Source of the DNA: a virus
IMG/VR virus record: IMGVR_UViG_3300030107_002828
Coordinates: 4,851 to 68,850 of that record
Reading direction: 5' to 3' (one strand)
Length of the DNA stretch: 64,000 nt
Positions 1 through 8,825 of the stretch are shown here, piece by piece. The translations under genes and the position numbers were made by a program. The stretch's first letter is position 1. Every line of letters starts with the position of its first letter. Below the pieces are notes generated by a model, which saw only the letters and a program-made list of their open reading frames with translations, searched no databases and was not told where the DNA came from.

Positions 1-48
1 CCAATTATCTTTTACTACTTCTGTTTCTTTTTTCTTTTTCTTAGCCAT
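1..48 (-). CDS. 5' fragment of a hypothetical protein running off the window (MAKKKKETEVVKDNW...)
   Basis: ATG at 48 overlaps the stop of the upstream ORF; open frame to the window edge. Confidence 0.5.
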   Translation of the reverse strand, partial: MAKKKKKETEVVKDNW

Positions 49-214
49 AAACTTTTAATTTGTATTCGTCTTGATAACGAACTAATTCTTTATATTTTAC
101 TCTACCTCTTTTTTCCCAACTCCATTTCCACCATTTATCAATCTGTCGATCTCTATAATTTCTTCTAGCAATTATTTTGACGAGTTGAGGATGTGGTTTA
201 TTGTTTCGTCGCAT
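41..214 (-). CDS. small basic Trp-rich hypothetical protein (57 aa, not in ORF track)
   Basis: Translated by hand: MRRNNKPHPQLVKIIARRNYRDRQIDKWWKWSWEKRG...VYG*. Fills the gap between neighbouring minus-strand genes. Confidence 0.5.
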   Translation of the reverse strand: MRRNNKPHPQLVKIIARRNYRDRQIDKWWKWSWEKRGRVKYKELVRYQDEYKLKVYG

Positions 215-618
215 TCTTTTTGATTCTGTGGTTTATATATAATTACATGAGGAAGTTCACTACTTACATATTTTTTAAACATTTTCCAACGTAAAGGGAA
301 ACTTTCATTAGCTCTACCCTTACATTCAATTATAAAATCATCTCCTATAAAATCTGGAGTATATTTAATTGATAGTATTTTCTTTTCTCCTCTGTTTTTA
401 AATTCTCCTTTTCCATTAGCACATCTTTCTATAGATATATTTGGAAATTCAAATTCAGGAAATACGGTGTATGTCCTACCTTCGTAAACTGCAGATATTC
501 CTGCATCCTTTAAAACTTGATACATGTATCGTTCTAGTCCTGACGCAAAGGTTATCCCGTCAACAGTAATTTTCTTACTGTTAACAGGTCCTTTTTTTCT
601 TTTATAACGTTTCTTCAT
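172..618 (-). CDS. PD-(D/E)XK endonuclease, T7 endonuclease I / DUF1064-like Holliday junction resolvase
   Basis: Motifs FASGLE, YTPDF and IECKG. Confidence 0.8.
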   Translation of the reverse strand: MKKRYKRKKGPVNSKKITVDGITFASGLERYMYQVLKDAGISAVYEGRTYTVFPEFEFPNISIERCANGKGEFKNRGEKKILSIKYTPDFIGDDFIIECKGRANESFPLRWKMFKKYVSSELPHVIIYKPQNQKECDETINHILNSSK

Positions 619-877
619 CTTGTACTTCTATTCTTCGTAGCATTGCTTCTTCAATCTCATCACGTAAACAAGCTCTTGCTGCTTGTATATATAACAATGC
701 ATCCATTATTTCTTCTTGTACATCAATTAGAAAGTCGTTTAAGTCTTTATCTTTACCTTCAACTTCTTCCATCATCATTGCACCGTACTTAGCTTGACCA
801 ACCAGACTACGTTGATCTATCTTTTCGATTACTTGTTGTACGATTTTGTCTTCAGTCTTTACTGTATAACTATTCAT
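602..877 (-). CDS. small all-alpha NTP pyrophosphohydrolase-like protein (MazG superfamily-like)
   Basis: R-S-x-V-G-x-x-K-Y-G followed by the acidic helix QEEIMDALLY; sits in the nucleotide metabolism cluster. Confidence 0.55.
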   Translation of the reverse strand: MNSYTVKTEDKIVQQVIEKIDQRSLVGQAKYGAMMMEEVEGKDKDLNDFLIDVQEEIMDALLYIQAARACLRDEIEEAMLRRIEVQDEETL

Positions 878-1676
878 CTTTTACAAATGTTCCATTAATC
901 ATTTTACCGGTACGCTTACTTATAACTTTATAAGCTTCAGCAATACAAGTTTCTATATTTACTCCTTGTAGATGAGCTAGGTTTGTCAATACTACAACCA
1001 TATCACCTATTGCATCGATAACTTCAGCTTTATTATTTTCTAATAATGCTTTAGCTAATTCACCAGCTTCTTCTTGAAGCTTAACGTATTGGGTATGTGA
1101 ATTACCTTTATCGTATAATCCTCTAGTTTGAGCCCATTCTCTAATATTTTCAAATATTTTAAGAGGTTTTTTATTGCATTTAATTTGTTTTGATTCATCT
1201 ACTGGATCGTCACTCCATAATTCAGGAGTTGAAAACCAGTTAGCAAATGCTTTATTATATACATAACATCTATTATCGTTATACATAGACGTTTGTACGT
1301 GTCCTATGATCCAACGTATTGAATCAAGATTTAAAACAAACACGCCATGTTCTGTTTCCCATTGCATTCCTAGATTGTCTAGTAAATGTCCTTTTAATTT
1401 TCTAACAGGATAAGGAAACGTAGTGGTTTGTTCAGTAACGTTTATTTTCATACTTTTAGTTTCTGGTTTTAATAATTTATATAATTTTCTATCTATTTTG
1501 TATCCGTACTCTTTTTGTAACTCAAGTTCTCGATCTGAAATATAATCTATATCATCAGATGATTCTAATACCTCATACTCTCCGGGTCCATATCCTTGTT
1601 GCATATGAACTCGGCCATCTAAATTTTGAGTTACACCTATTTTTCTTCCTGGTATGTGGTAAATGTGATATGTCAT
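870..1676 (-). CDS. mazG: MazG-like nucleotide pyrophosphohydrolase with N-terminal GIY-YIG-like extension
   Basis: C-terminal KLQEEAGELAKA...DAIGDMVVVL (EExxE...DxxD). N-terminal YHIYHIPGRKIGVT...R...E pattern. Confidence 0.75.
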   Translation of the reverse strand: MTYHIYHIPGRKIGVTQNLDGRVHMQQGYGPGEYEVLESSDDIDYISDRELELQKEYGYKIDRKLYKLLKPETKSMKINVTEQTTTFPYPVRKLKGHLLDNLGMQWETEHGVFVLNLDSIRWIIGHVQTSMYNDNRCYVYNKAFANWFSTPELWSDDPVDESKQIKCNKKPLKIFENIREWAQTRGLYDKGNSHTQYVKLQEEAGELAKALLENNKAEVIDAIGDMVVVLTNLAHLQGVNIETCIAEAYKVISKRTGKMINGTFVKDE

Positions 1677-2314
1677 AATTTGTCATTATATATGTGTAAA
1701 TTGTGTGCATAATGGTAATAATTACCAATCTCAATATTTAATCTGTCTGCAATCATTTTTTGTAACATACTAAATTGGTACTGATCATTGCAAAAGCCGT
1801 ACCAGATGTCATTAGAACGCATCAGAACAGCCATATTTAGTCTATTATTTAGTATTGTGAACTGAACAGCATAAGTACATGGTGTATCTTTGCGATACGA
1901 TTTCCATTCTTTTGCGTCATAAATACTTATTGCAGCATGTCTAGTATCTTTACATTCTTTTAGTTTAGCAACCACATAATCTATCTGATCATTACGTTGC
2001 CATTGCCAACCATAATTGCTACGAACTAAACCTTTACTGTCTGCCATATGACACCAGATCGGTGGTACTTTACCATAGATTTCTTCTAGTTTATAAATAC
2101 TAGGATCTCCTGATAAATACCATTGCCACTCTGCTTGTGCATAATTTAATTTCCAATTACGTTCTTCATTTACAATATAATTTTCCATTGGTTTTTCTAA
2201 TGTAAACCCTACATTAAATAGAGCTTTAGTATCTCCAAATGGAACACCGTCTTGTATTAGCTTATCTAAAAAATAATTATAAGCTTCTTCCGCGTTTCTA
2301 AACTTTGTTCGCAT
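1673..2314 (-). CDS. thymidylate synthase-family protein, dCMP hydroxymethylase/methylase type (probable start 2314; ORF open from 2344)
   Basis: Catalytic PC in DTPCT, plus MRSNDIWYGFCND and HNLHIY. Asp at the position of E. coli ThyA Asn177. Confidence 0.85.
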   Translation of the reverse strand: MRTKFRNAEEAYNYFLDKLIQDGVPFGDTKALFNVGFTLEKPMENYIVNEERNWKLNYAQAEWQWYLSGDPSIYKLEEIYGKVPPIWCHMADSKGLVRSNYGWQWQRNDQIDYVVAKLKECKDTRHAAISIYDAKEWKSYRKDTPCTYAVQFTILNNRLNMAVLMRSNDIWYGFCNDQYQFSMLQKMIADRLNIEIGNYYHYAHNLHIYNDKL

Positions 2315-2549
2315 ATTTATTATAATAATATTTATAGAACTCATACATCTTTATCCATATAGATACTGGTCCATATGTTAAAGGAGATCTATTTGTTTTG
2401 TTATTTATTTTAATATCAATATACCATGCTCCTTCTCCATTCGCAAATGGTGCAATATATATTCCATTGTTTATACACCACCTATATGCTTGTGTCTCTT
2501 CTACGGTAGGCATATATTGTCCCATTACATCTTTCTTTCTTTTTGGCAT
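2298..2549 (-). CDS. hypothetical protein
   Basis: 83-aa ORF abutting the primase-helicase stop, co-oriented. Confidence 0.7.
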   Translation of the reverse strand: MPKRKKDVMGQYMPTVEETQAYRWCINNGIYIAPFANGEGAWYIDIKINNKTNRSPLTYGPVSIWIKMYEFYKYYYNKYANKV

Positions 2550-4265
2550 TTATTCCCAAGGCATTGGTTCTTCTTTAATCTTATCTAATATATGCGGTAT
2601 AAAACTACCGCTATTCGGTTCCCATTTAAAATGAGCTTCAGCCCCATTTTCTCCGAGATTTTGAAACTTAACTTTAAGCACTTTTGCTTTAACTGTTTTC
2701 GCGTCATAATCCCTATGTACGAGAATGCCGTGATAAGACGCGTCATACCATTCGCCTCCCCCTTTGATATTATACATGTTTGGTTCTTCAATTTGTCCAT
2801 CTTTATCTTTATACATTTTAGTAGGATGTGCTACTATAAATACTAACACATCAAATTTCTTTGCAAAGTTTTCTATTTTAGTTAAATACTCCATTGTATA
2901 AACATTTACATCTAATGAACTTGCGTTTTTATCTCTAACTTTATTAAATGGATCTATGACTAAACATTTAATTCCTTTACGTTTAACTAATTCTGCTCCT
3001 TTACGTAATACTGACTCTAAAGTATATTTTTCCATATCAATAAAAAAGAAGTTATCATTAACATGATCCCCCACTTCTTTCCATTTATCTGTATCTATAT
3101 CATTTACTTTAGGCATATTACCCCATACTTTACGCATTAGTTTATGAGCGTGTAAATAATTTGGACTATTTTCTGGTGATGCAAATCCTGTTTTCCAACC
3201 ATAATTTTTATTATAGCCTACTACCATCTGATCTACGAAATCAGATTTACCAGAACTAGGAATACCAGTAACAGTGATAAACTGAGAGGTATACGTACTA
3301 AAAATTGCATCAAAATTTGATAACCCAACTTGATAACCTGGTTTAAAGCCATTTGTAACAAAGTCTTTAACTTCTCCTTCAATATCTCTAAAGGTAGTAA
3401 CATTTTCCAAAGGATATGATCTAGCTTTATTGATAGTTTGTTTAAGTTGTTCTGCACCATATTTTATTAAGTATTCGTTAGCATCTTTACATTCTTTAAA
3501 ATCTACTAAATAACATGTTTCGGCACCTAACCTTCTAACTAATTCAGCTCTTAATGCTAAACCTGGGTCATCAGTATCTAATGCTAATATTATTTTAGTT
3601 TTATCTTCAAAATAATCTATACAATTATCTAAATAATCTAAGTTGTTATGGCTTAATGTAGCTCCATTAGGAACTGATATACTATTGGGTACACCAGCTT
3701 CGTGTAAAGCTAGTACATCCATTTCTCCTTCAGTTATAACACAGCTATCATAACCCACGATACTGTTGATATTATAGAATATCTTTTCAGCACCTTTATA
3801 TAATTTAAAATTCTTTCTACCATCTCTATATTTTATATTGATAAGTTGATTACCTATCATGTAGTTAAATTTTATTGTATTCTCTTCCTTGCCAGTTTGC
3901 GGCATATACTCAAGACCTTGACCAACCCTAAGATCGTCCAAGGTCTGTTGAGATATACCTCTACTTTCAAACCATTTTTGAGTTTTATCTTTTACACAAA
4001 GATATTTACCCATCTCTGGTCTTACATATTCCTTTTCGTTTGATCCCTTACGGTTATATGTATGTAATTGAAAAGTAGAATTACAATTGTGACAAGTACC
4101 GAGACCACGTTCCCAATCATAAGAAGCACATTTAAGCTTTTGATTCTTGGGTTTCCTAGTATGGGAACACAAAGGACACGTCCCTTGTTTTTTACCAACT
4201 TCTAAGTTATGTTGATTGAATATATCAATCGAAAATCCATTAATCTCGTATTCTTCTACTTGCAT
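2550..4265 (-). CDS. T7 gp4/Twinkle-like DNA primase-helicase
   Basis: Zn finger CPLC...CHNC; TOPRIM ITEGEMD and LDTDDPG; Walker A GIPSSGKS; VIDPFN; VAHP. Confidence 0.95.
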   Translation of the reverse strand: MQVEEYEINGFSIDIFNQHNLEVGKKQGTCPLCSHTRKPKNQKLKCASYDWERGLGTCHNCNSTFQLHTYNRKGSNEKEYVRPEMGKYLCVKDKTQKWFESRGISQQTLDDLRVGQGLEYMPQTGKEENTIKFNYMIGNQLINIKYRDGRKNFKLYKGAEKIFYNINSIVGYDSCVITEGEMDVLALHEAGVPNSISVPNGATLSHNNLDYLDNCIDYFEDKTKIILALDTDDPGLALRAELVRRLGAETCYLVDFKECKDANEYLIKYGAEQLKQTINKARSYPLENVTTFRDIEGEVKDFVTNGFKPGYQVGLSNFDAIFSTYTSQFITVTGIPSSGKSDFVDQMVVGYNKNYGWKTGFASPENSPNYLHAHKLMRKVWGNMPKVNDIDTDKWKEVGDHVNDNFFFIDMEKYTLESVLRKGAELVKRKGIKCLVIDPFNKVRDKNASSLDVNVYTMEYLTKIENFAKKFDVLVFIVAHPTKMYKDKDGQIEEPNMYNIKGGGEWYDASYHGILVHRDYDAKTVKAKVLKVKFQNLGENGAEAHFKWEPNSGSFIPHILDKIKEEPMPWE

Positions 4266-4274
4266 TTAATTAAA

Positions 4275-4592
4275 TTAAAATGGTAAATCTACATCTTCTT
4301 TAGCATCTACAGCTGCTGCTTTTAGTGCTGCTGCTGGCGCACCTTGCTTTGGTGCGTCTGGGAAAGTTCCGTTGCTCCAAACAACTCTAACATTACCAAG
4401 ATATTTCTTAGCAACTTTAGCTTCTCTTTCCTCTTTTGACTGATCAACTATAATTGGTCCGAAGTTTCCAAACTGGTCTACTTCATCATTAATCGTAATT
4501 GATATTGGTAAATATTTACCTTTCTTACCTTCAATAATTTTATCTTTAGGTATTTCAGAAAGATTAATACTACCTTTTACTATTCCTGCCAT
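4275..4592 (-). CDS. single-stranded DNA-binding protein (Bacteroidota-phage type)
   Basis: GKKGKYL motif and acidic C-terminal tail DVDLPF; lies between exonuclease and primase. Confidence 0.75.
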   Translation of the reverse strand: MAGIVKGSINLSEIPKDKIIEGKKGKYLPISITINDEVDQFGNFGPIIVDQSKEEREAKVAKKYLGNVRVVWSNGTFPDAPKQGAPAAALKAAAVDAKEDVDLPF

Positions 4593-4593
4593 A

Positions 4594-4764
4594 TTATGCG
4601 TATTGATTAATTTGGTTAAACATTCTAGTTAATTGTGCTTTTGTAGCATTAGTAGTTCTTCTTAAGTTATCAACAGCTTTTACATGTGTTTGATTATTAT
4701 AAAAATTGTTAACTGAAGTTTCTAATCCTGTTACACTACAAATTTGTTTTCTTGTTCTTGCCAT
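4594..4764 (-). CDS. hypothetical protein (56 aa, not in ORF track)
   Basis: MARTRKQICSVTGLETSVNNFY...QYA*; exactly fills the intergenic gap. Confidence 0.7.
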   Translation of the reverse strand: MARTRKQICSVTGLETSVNNFYNNQTHVKAVDNLRRTTNATKAQLTRMFNQINQYA

Positions 4765-4767
4765 GGT

Positions 4768-5499
4768 TTATAAGGTTTTATTAATAAAATATTGCTTCGG
4801 GTCAAAGTCTTCACTCTTATAAAATAATCTATAAGATTCCACTGCTCTTTGGACTTTGTCTTTGCCTTTAGCATAAAATTCTGGTGAGCAGTCAAATATA
4901 CCAAGTTGTCCTGTGTTTTTATCTATTACAATAAAAATCATTTCATAACCAAACAACTCACTATAAATATAAGCTTGAGAATCATAATTGAATTTTGAAG
5001 CAGACCATTTAAATTTTTGAATATCATTAGTAGTTTTTAAATCAATTACTAATTTTTCATTATGATTTATAATATCTGCTTTACCTTTCCACATCTCACC
5101 CTCAATCTCTTTTATACCAGGTGTTTCATATTCTGTATTACTATCACGAATCATTGCTTTACAAACTTTATTGTTTAGCATAATATCTGATAACTTTTCT
5201 ATAGTATCAACTTCGTGTTCTAATAAACATAATTCTCCACCTGACATCTCTTTATAAACTTTAGTATTCCTAGTTGACGAAGGTATAACCTTGTACTTTT
5301 TCAGTTTATCTGGTTCTAGTATAGCGGTATGAAAGTATCCACCAACTAAGAATGCAGGCCTAGGTTCGCTAGGCTTTCCTAAAGCTAAAGGATTTGTAAG
5401 TAAAGCTTTGATGTCTGAATTACTAAGATACTTTTTACCAAAGTTTCCATAGTAATGTTCGTCATCACGTAGCTTCTCAATTACATCTTCTTTTTTCAT
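4768..5499 (-). CDS. RecE/ExoVIII-like PD-(D/E)XK exonuclease (DUF3799-like)
   Basis: LSNSDI, G-x-x-F-H, KGKADI, IDLKTT and YDSQAYIY motifs; adjacent to ERF. Confidence 0.85.
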   Translation of the reverse strand: MKKEDVIEKLRDDEHYYGNFGKKYLSNSDIKALLTNPLALGKPSEPRPAFLVGGYFHTAILEPDKLKKYKVIPSSTRNTKVYKEMSGGELCLLEHEVDTIEKLSDIMLNNKVCKAMIRDSNTEYETPGIKEIEGEMWKGKADIINHNEKLVIDLKTTNDIQKFKWSASKFNYDSQAYIYSELFGYEMIFIVIDKNTGQLGIFDCSPEFYAKGKDKVQRAVESYRLFYKSEDFDPKQYFINKTL

Positions 5500-6008
5500 T
5501 AGAGAGTTTTAAGTTCAGCTTCTTGAGCTGAGGTTAATTGATACTTAGCTTTGATAGCTTCTATTTTCCCACCTGATTTAATGTAGTCTTTAGCTTGCGC
5601 TAATTGTCTACCAGTTATATCATTTTTACCGTGAGTATTAGTTGCATCACTGTCTTTAGTATCATCAATTAGAAATAAATTTCCTAATGCGTATTTCTTC
5701 CCATAACTCGATGCAGCACCGAATCGTTGAGGCATTTGCATACCTTTCTGATCTAAATCAACTCCTACTACTGCTGTAGCATTAATTGTTTCTTTACCAT
5801 CAGTTATAGTTGCTGTAGTTCTAATAACAGAAGAATCTACTAATTCTTCATTTATTACTACTGTAACATCTAACTCCTTAATAAAGGGTTTAATTGCTTC
5901 GAGAATGTCTTCGGCTGACCGGAAGTAATACTTACCGAATGAGTTAAATCTACTTTTTTTCGATTTAAACTTTGTCTGAATTTTTGATAATTTTTCGTTA
6001 ATGGTCAT
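5499..6008 (-). CDS. ERF-family ssDNA annealing protein
   Basis: N-x-F-x-K-Y-Y-F-R-S-A-E-D-I and Q-x-F-G-A-A-S-S-Y-G-K-K-Y-A-L...D-D-T-K-D-S-D. Confidence 0.9.
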   Translation of the reverse strand: MTINEKLSKIQTKFKSKKSRFNSFGKYYFRSAEDILEAIKPFIKELDVTVVINEELVDSSVIRTTATITDGKETINATAVVGVDLDQKGMQMPQRFGAASSYGKKYALGNLFLIDDTKDSDATNTHGKNDITGRQLAQAKDYIKSGGKIEAIKAKYQLTSAQEAELKTL

Positions 6009-6010
6009 AT

Positions 6011-6042
6011 TAATATAATTACATATTTATTTGTTAATTTAC
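6011..6042 (-). promoter_or_regulatory. class II (middle/late) phage promoter motif GTAA-N16-GTAATTATA
   Basis: One of six intergenic copies with exact 20-nt spacing; precedes the replication genes. Confidence 0.7.
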
Positions 6043-6051
6043 ATATCTAAC

Positions 6052-6804
6052 TTACAGATAATCAAGCACTTGTGAGTGATCAACATTGTCTATAAGTTTT
6101 TGTACAGCTTGTTTTTTCATCTCAGAAATTCGTACATAATCACTAGCTCCTTCAATACCTAATTTAACTGCTATTTGTTTTGCTGTGTGTTTGTCACAAT
6201 CTAATCCGTATGATAATCTTAACACTTCATATTCTTTTTCATTTAAATGTTTCTTTAATAAACTTGTTAAATAAATATTCATTAAATGAATATTATAAGG
6301 TTCAGATTTATCAGGAATTTGATACATCATATTTTCATCTGTATTGGGTTTCGCATCAATAGATAAAAATATACTATTAAAAAACATGGAAACCATTTTC
6401 TTATCTTTTCCATTATCTTTTCGTATCTTATTTAATTGATGTTCAGGTATTCTCATATCTCCTCTGTGCATATCAATTCTTCTTCTAATTGCTCCTTTAA
6501 TTCTTTTACTAAAAAAACTTTTTAATGTCTTTTCAATGTCTTCACTTTTCTTTAGTTCTGTCCAATCTAATTTATCAACAGCTCGTGTTAATCCTTCATT
6601 TCCACATTGCAATAAATCAAGTATAGATAATATACCTGATGCTTGATCACTAGTTGAAAATTTTCTAGCCATAATTTCTACAAGAGGCATGAATTTAACT
6701 ATCATTTCATTTCTTGTGTATTCTTTATAAGGTTTATCTAAAGGCATAGATTCCTTTAAATCTTCCTTATATCTAATATAATTCTGTATATTATATTTTT
6801 TCAT
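6052..6804 (-). CDS. phage sigma70-family RNA polymerase sigma factor
   Basis: Region 2: PLVEIMARKF...DLLQCGNEGLTRAVDKLD. Region 4 HTH: LNEKEYEVLRLSYGL...TAKQIA...RISEMKKQAVQKL. Confidence 0.9.
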   Translation of the reverse strand: MKKYNIQNYIRYKEDLKESMPLDKPYKEYTRNEMIVKFMPLVEIMARKFSTSDQASGILSILDLLQCGNEGLTRAVDKLDWTELKKSEDIEKTLKSFFSKRIKGAIRRRIDMHRGDMRIPEHQLNKIRKDNGKDKKMVSMFFNSIFLSIDAKPNTDENMMYQIPDKSEPYNIHLMNIYLTSLLKKHLNEKEYEVLRLSYGLDCDKHTAKQIAVKLGIEGASDYVRISEMKKQAVQKLIDNVDHSQVLDYL

Positions 6805-6901
6805 TTTTTCTTTTTCTTACTTTTTTGAATTGCTTTATTTTGTCTCGGATACCAAAAACGTTGGTACCAATTAAGTGTTCGTATAGTTTTTTCCTTGTCA
6901 T
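6791..6901 (-). CDS. small basic hypothetical protein (36 aa)
   Basis: MTRKKLYEHLIGTNVFGIRDKIKQF...; ATGA overlap with the upstream ORF. Confidence 0.5.
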   Translation of the reverse strand: MTRKKLYEHLIGTNVFGIRDKIKQFKKVRKRKNEKI

Positions 6902-7008
6902 TTGTATCGTTTATGTGCGAGGCGTTCATAATGTTTGTCTAATAAGATCCCTGCTACCTCTTCTGAGATCATGTTGTCGTGGTATAATTGCCATATTAAT
7001 TTATTCAT
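6898..7008 (-). CDS. small hypothetical protein (36 aa)
   Basis: MNKLIWQLYHDNMISEEVAGILLDKHYERL...; overlaps the ligase stop. Confidence 0.55.
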   Translation of the reverse strand: MNKLIWQLYHDNMISEEVAGILLDKHYERLAHKRYK

Positions 7009-7837
7009 AATTTCTTAATCCTTTAAATAGTGGGTGTCTATAACTCCCAGCTTTAGTTCTTTGGAAATATGTAAACGTTGCTCTTTGTCCAATATAATCA
7101 TCTATATTGTTCAACATATCTTTCATGTCTTCATATGTATATCCTTTACCTGGAGGACATCCAAATTCTACTCCTTCATCATCTTGCATTAAAAATTTAC
7201 CTATTGTTCCTTTACGTTTACCTTTACCTACTTCATATCCTATAATAATTGCTTCAGTGTCATGAAAATCTTTAAATTTCATTAATCCATAAGATCTACC
7301 ATGTTTATATACATTACTACCTAATCTCATTATAGAACCTTCATATCCTTGATCTAAGTATTCTTTATGGTACTGTTTAGCTGCGTTAAAATTTGTTACT
7401 AATTTAGCGTTTACATATATGATATGTTCATTGTATATATCAGAAGTTACTAGATTATTCATGCGAATACCATAACTTTCATATTTATCATCAATATAAT
7501 CATATACATGAAACTGTACTAGTTTCTTAGCTTCAGTTCTTTCTTTTTTAGTTATTCTTTTTTGTTTTCTAACTAAAGATATAATCTTTTCAAAATCATT
7601 TTTAAGTTCATGATTATATAACTCACCATCTAATATAACATTAGGATTATCTTTAAAAAATTTCTTTAAAGATTGTTCTATGTGTTTTACATTCATAAAT
7701 TTATTTCCAGCTCTTGAATAAGCTCCGTCTTTAGTAAAAAGACAACGTACACCATCTAATTTAGGTTGCACGTATACATTTTTGCTCCAATTGACTCTTT
7801 TTTCGTCAAACTTGTGAGCTAACATTGGTTTTATCAT
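7001..7837 (-). CDS. ATP-dependent DNA ligase
   Basis: Motif I KLDGVR, III LDGELY, IIIa FHVYD, IV EGSIMR, V LMKFK, VI RHPLF. Confidence 0.95.
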   Translation of the reverse strand: MIKPMLAHKFDEKRVNWSKNVYVQPKLDGVRCLFTKDGAYSRAGNKFMNVKHIEQSLKKFFKDNPNVILDGELYNHELKNDFEKIISLVRKQKRITKKERTEAKKLVQFHVYDYIDDKYESYGIRMNNLVTSDIYNEHIIYVNAKLVTNFNAAKQYHKEYLDQGYEGSIMRLGSNVYKHGRSYGLMKFKDFHDTEAIIIGYEVGKGKRKGTIGKFLMQDDEGVEFGCPPGKGYTYEDMKDMLNNIDDYIGQRATFTYFQRTKAGSYRHPLFKGLRNYE

Positions 7838-8067
7838 AAGTTCTTAAGTTTATTTTCTATTATTCTTATTTTGTTTTTAAGTATCTCACATTTTTCATAT
7901 TGCTCTGCCTTTAAATATTTATCAAGTAGTGTCATACATCTAGCTAATTCAGCCATTAATTCTTCTTCTTGATTAAATTCAGTTTCTGCAATAAGTCCCG
8001 CATGTAAGTGGTTTATTATTAATTTAGCTACTTTTTGAGCTAAATGTTCAATTTCGTGTTCAGTCAT
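7834..8067 (-). CDS. small protein with UVR (UvrB/C)-like coiled-coil motif
   Basis: KAEQYEKCEILKNKI resembles the UVR consensus E-x-Y-E-x-A-A-x-L-R-D-x-I. Confidence 0.55.
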   Translation of the reverse strand: MTEHEIEHLAQKVAKLIINHLHAGLIAETEFNQEEELMAELARCMTLLDKYLKAEQYEKCEILKNKIRIIENKLKNL

Positions 8068-8097
8068 ATTATCTAACTTTATTCGTATTAAGTTTCG
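8067..8097 (-). promoter_or_regulatory. class I (early) promoter motif CGAA-N3-TAATACGA-N9-GATAATA
   Basis: One of six copies with identical spacing in the early arm. Confidence 0.75.
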
Positions 8098-8100
8098 TTT

Positions 8101-8132
8101 GTAATTCTTTTTTTAAACATGTGATTATATAA
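8101..8132 (+). promoter_or_regulatory. class II promoter motif (GTAA-N16-GTGATTATA), antisense to the early arm
   Basis: GTAA at 8101 and GTGA at 8121; same spacing as the five sense copies. Confidence 0.55.
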
Positions 8133-8162
8133 TTATATTCATTATAAATATGAAATATTTAT

Positions 8163-8699
8163 CTATAATTCGTATTGTTGGGATAGGATACTAACTATTT
8201 TCTTAGCGTGAATTAACGCATCTAAAGTATCATCTCTTTGCGTATATCGAGTTTGATTGTTAGAAAAATCTGTATATTCATAACCATCAACCATATATTT
8301 AGATATAATCTTTTCTGGTTTTAAGACAAATAAGCATTTAGGTGTTTTAGTAAACAGATGCCAACAGCTAACATGTATTTTATCTCTATCTCCAGTCCAT
8401 ATAATATAGATATATTCTATATCAGAGTTGATTTGCCCCATTCTTTGAAGATAACAGCTATCATAATAAAAATCATGCACTAACTTACTAGTAAGTCTAC
8501 TTCCATCTTGACAACTATTGCCCTTAGCAAGTAACCAGTTAGCTATTTGTACTCCTTGCCATTCAGGATAACCATCATGATGCATATACATGTTAACATA
8601 AGCTTTATCAGCTACCACTTCTGGATGTATAGCAAATCCTTCTGAAAACTCACTACTGTGTTTACGATCTATGACCATAATATTATTTCTTGTACTCAT
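8163..8699 (-). CDS. hypothetical phage protein with Y-x-H-x-D-G-Y-P motif (probable ATG start 8699)
   Basis: MSTR...YMHHDGYPEWQG...IEYIYII, a pattern recognised from phage early genes. Confidence 0.7.
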   Translation of the reverse strand: MSTRNNIMVIDRKHSSEFSEGFAIHPEVVADKAYVNMYMHHDGYPEWQGVQIANWLLAKGNSCQDGSRLTSKLVHDFYYDSCYLQRMGQINSDIEYIYIIWTGDRDKIHVSCWHLFTKTPKCLFVLKPEKIISKYMVDGYEYTDFSNNQTRYTQRDDTLDALIHAKKIVSILSQQYEL

Positions 8700-8824
8700 T
8701 AATATATATTTTTTTCTGCCCACTGTTGATATTCTTTCCAAGATTGTTCTTGGTTAAGGTAACCGTTGTAGACTCTACGTTTACCTATAAATTTAATTCC
8801 GTTAAAGTTTTCTAAAAATTCCAT
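8699..8824 (-). CDS. small hypothetical protein (41 aa)
   Basis: MEFLENFNGIKFIGKRRVYNGYL...IY*; TAATG coupling to the next gene. Confidence 0.55.
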   Translation of the reverse strand: MEFLENFNGIKFIGKRRVYNGYLNQEQSWKEYQQWAEKNIY

Positions 8825-8825
8825 A

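Noticed and set aside
8083-8090. TAATACGA matches the start of the T7 promoter
   Set aside because: The following CTCACTATA is absent in all six copies and no single-subunit RNAP is seen; coincidence.
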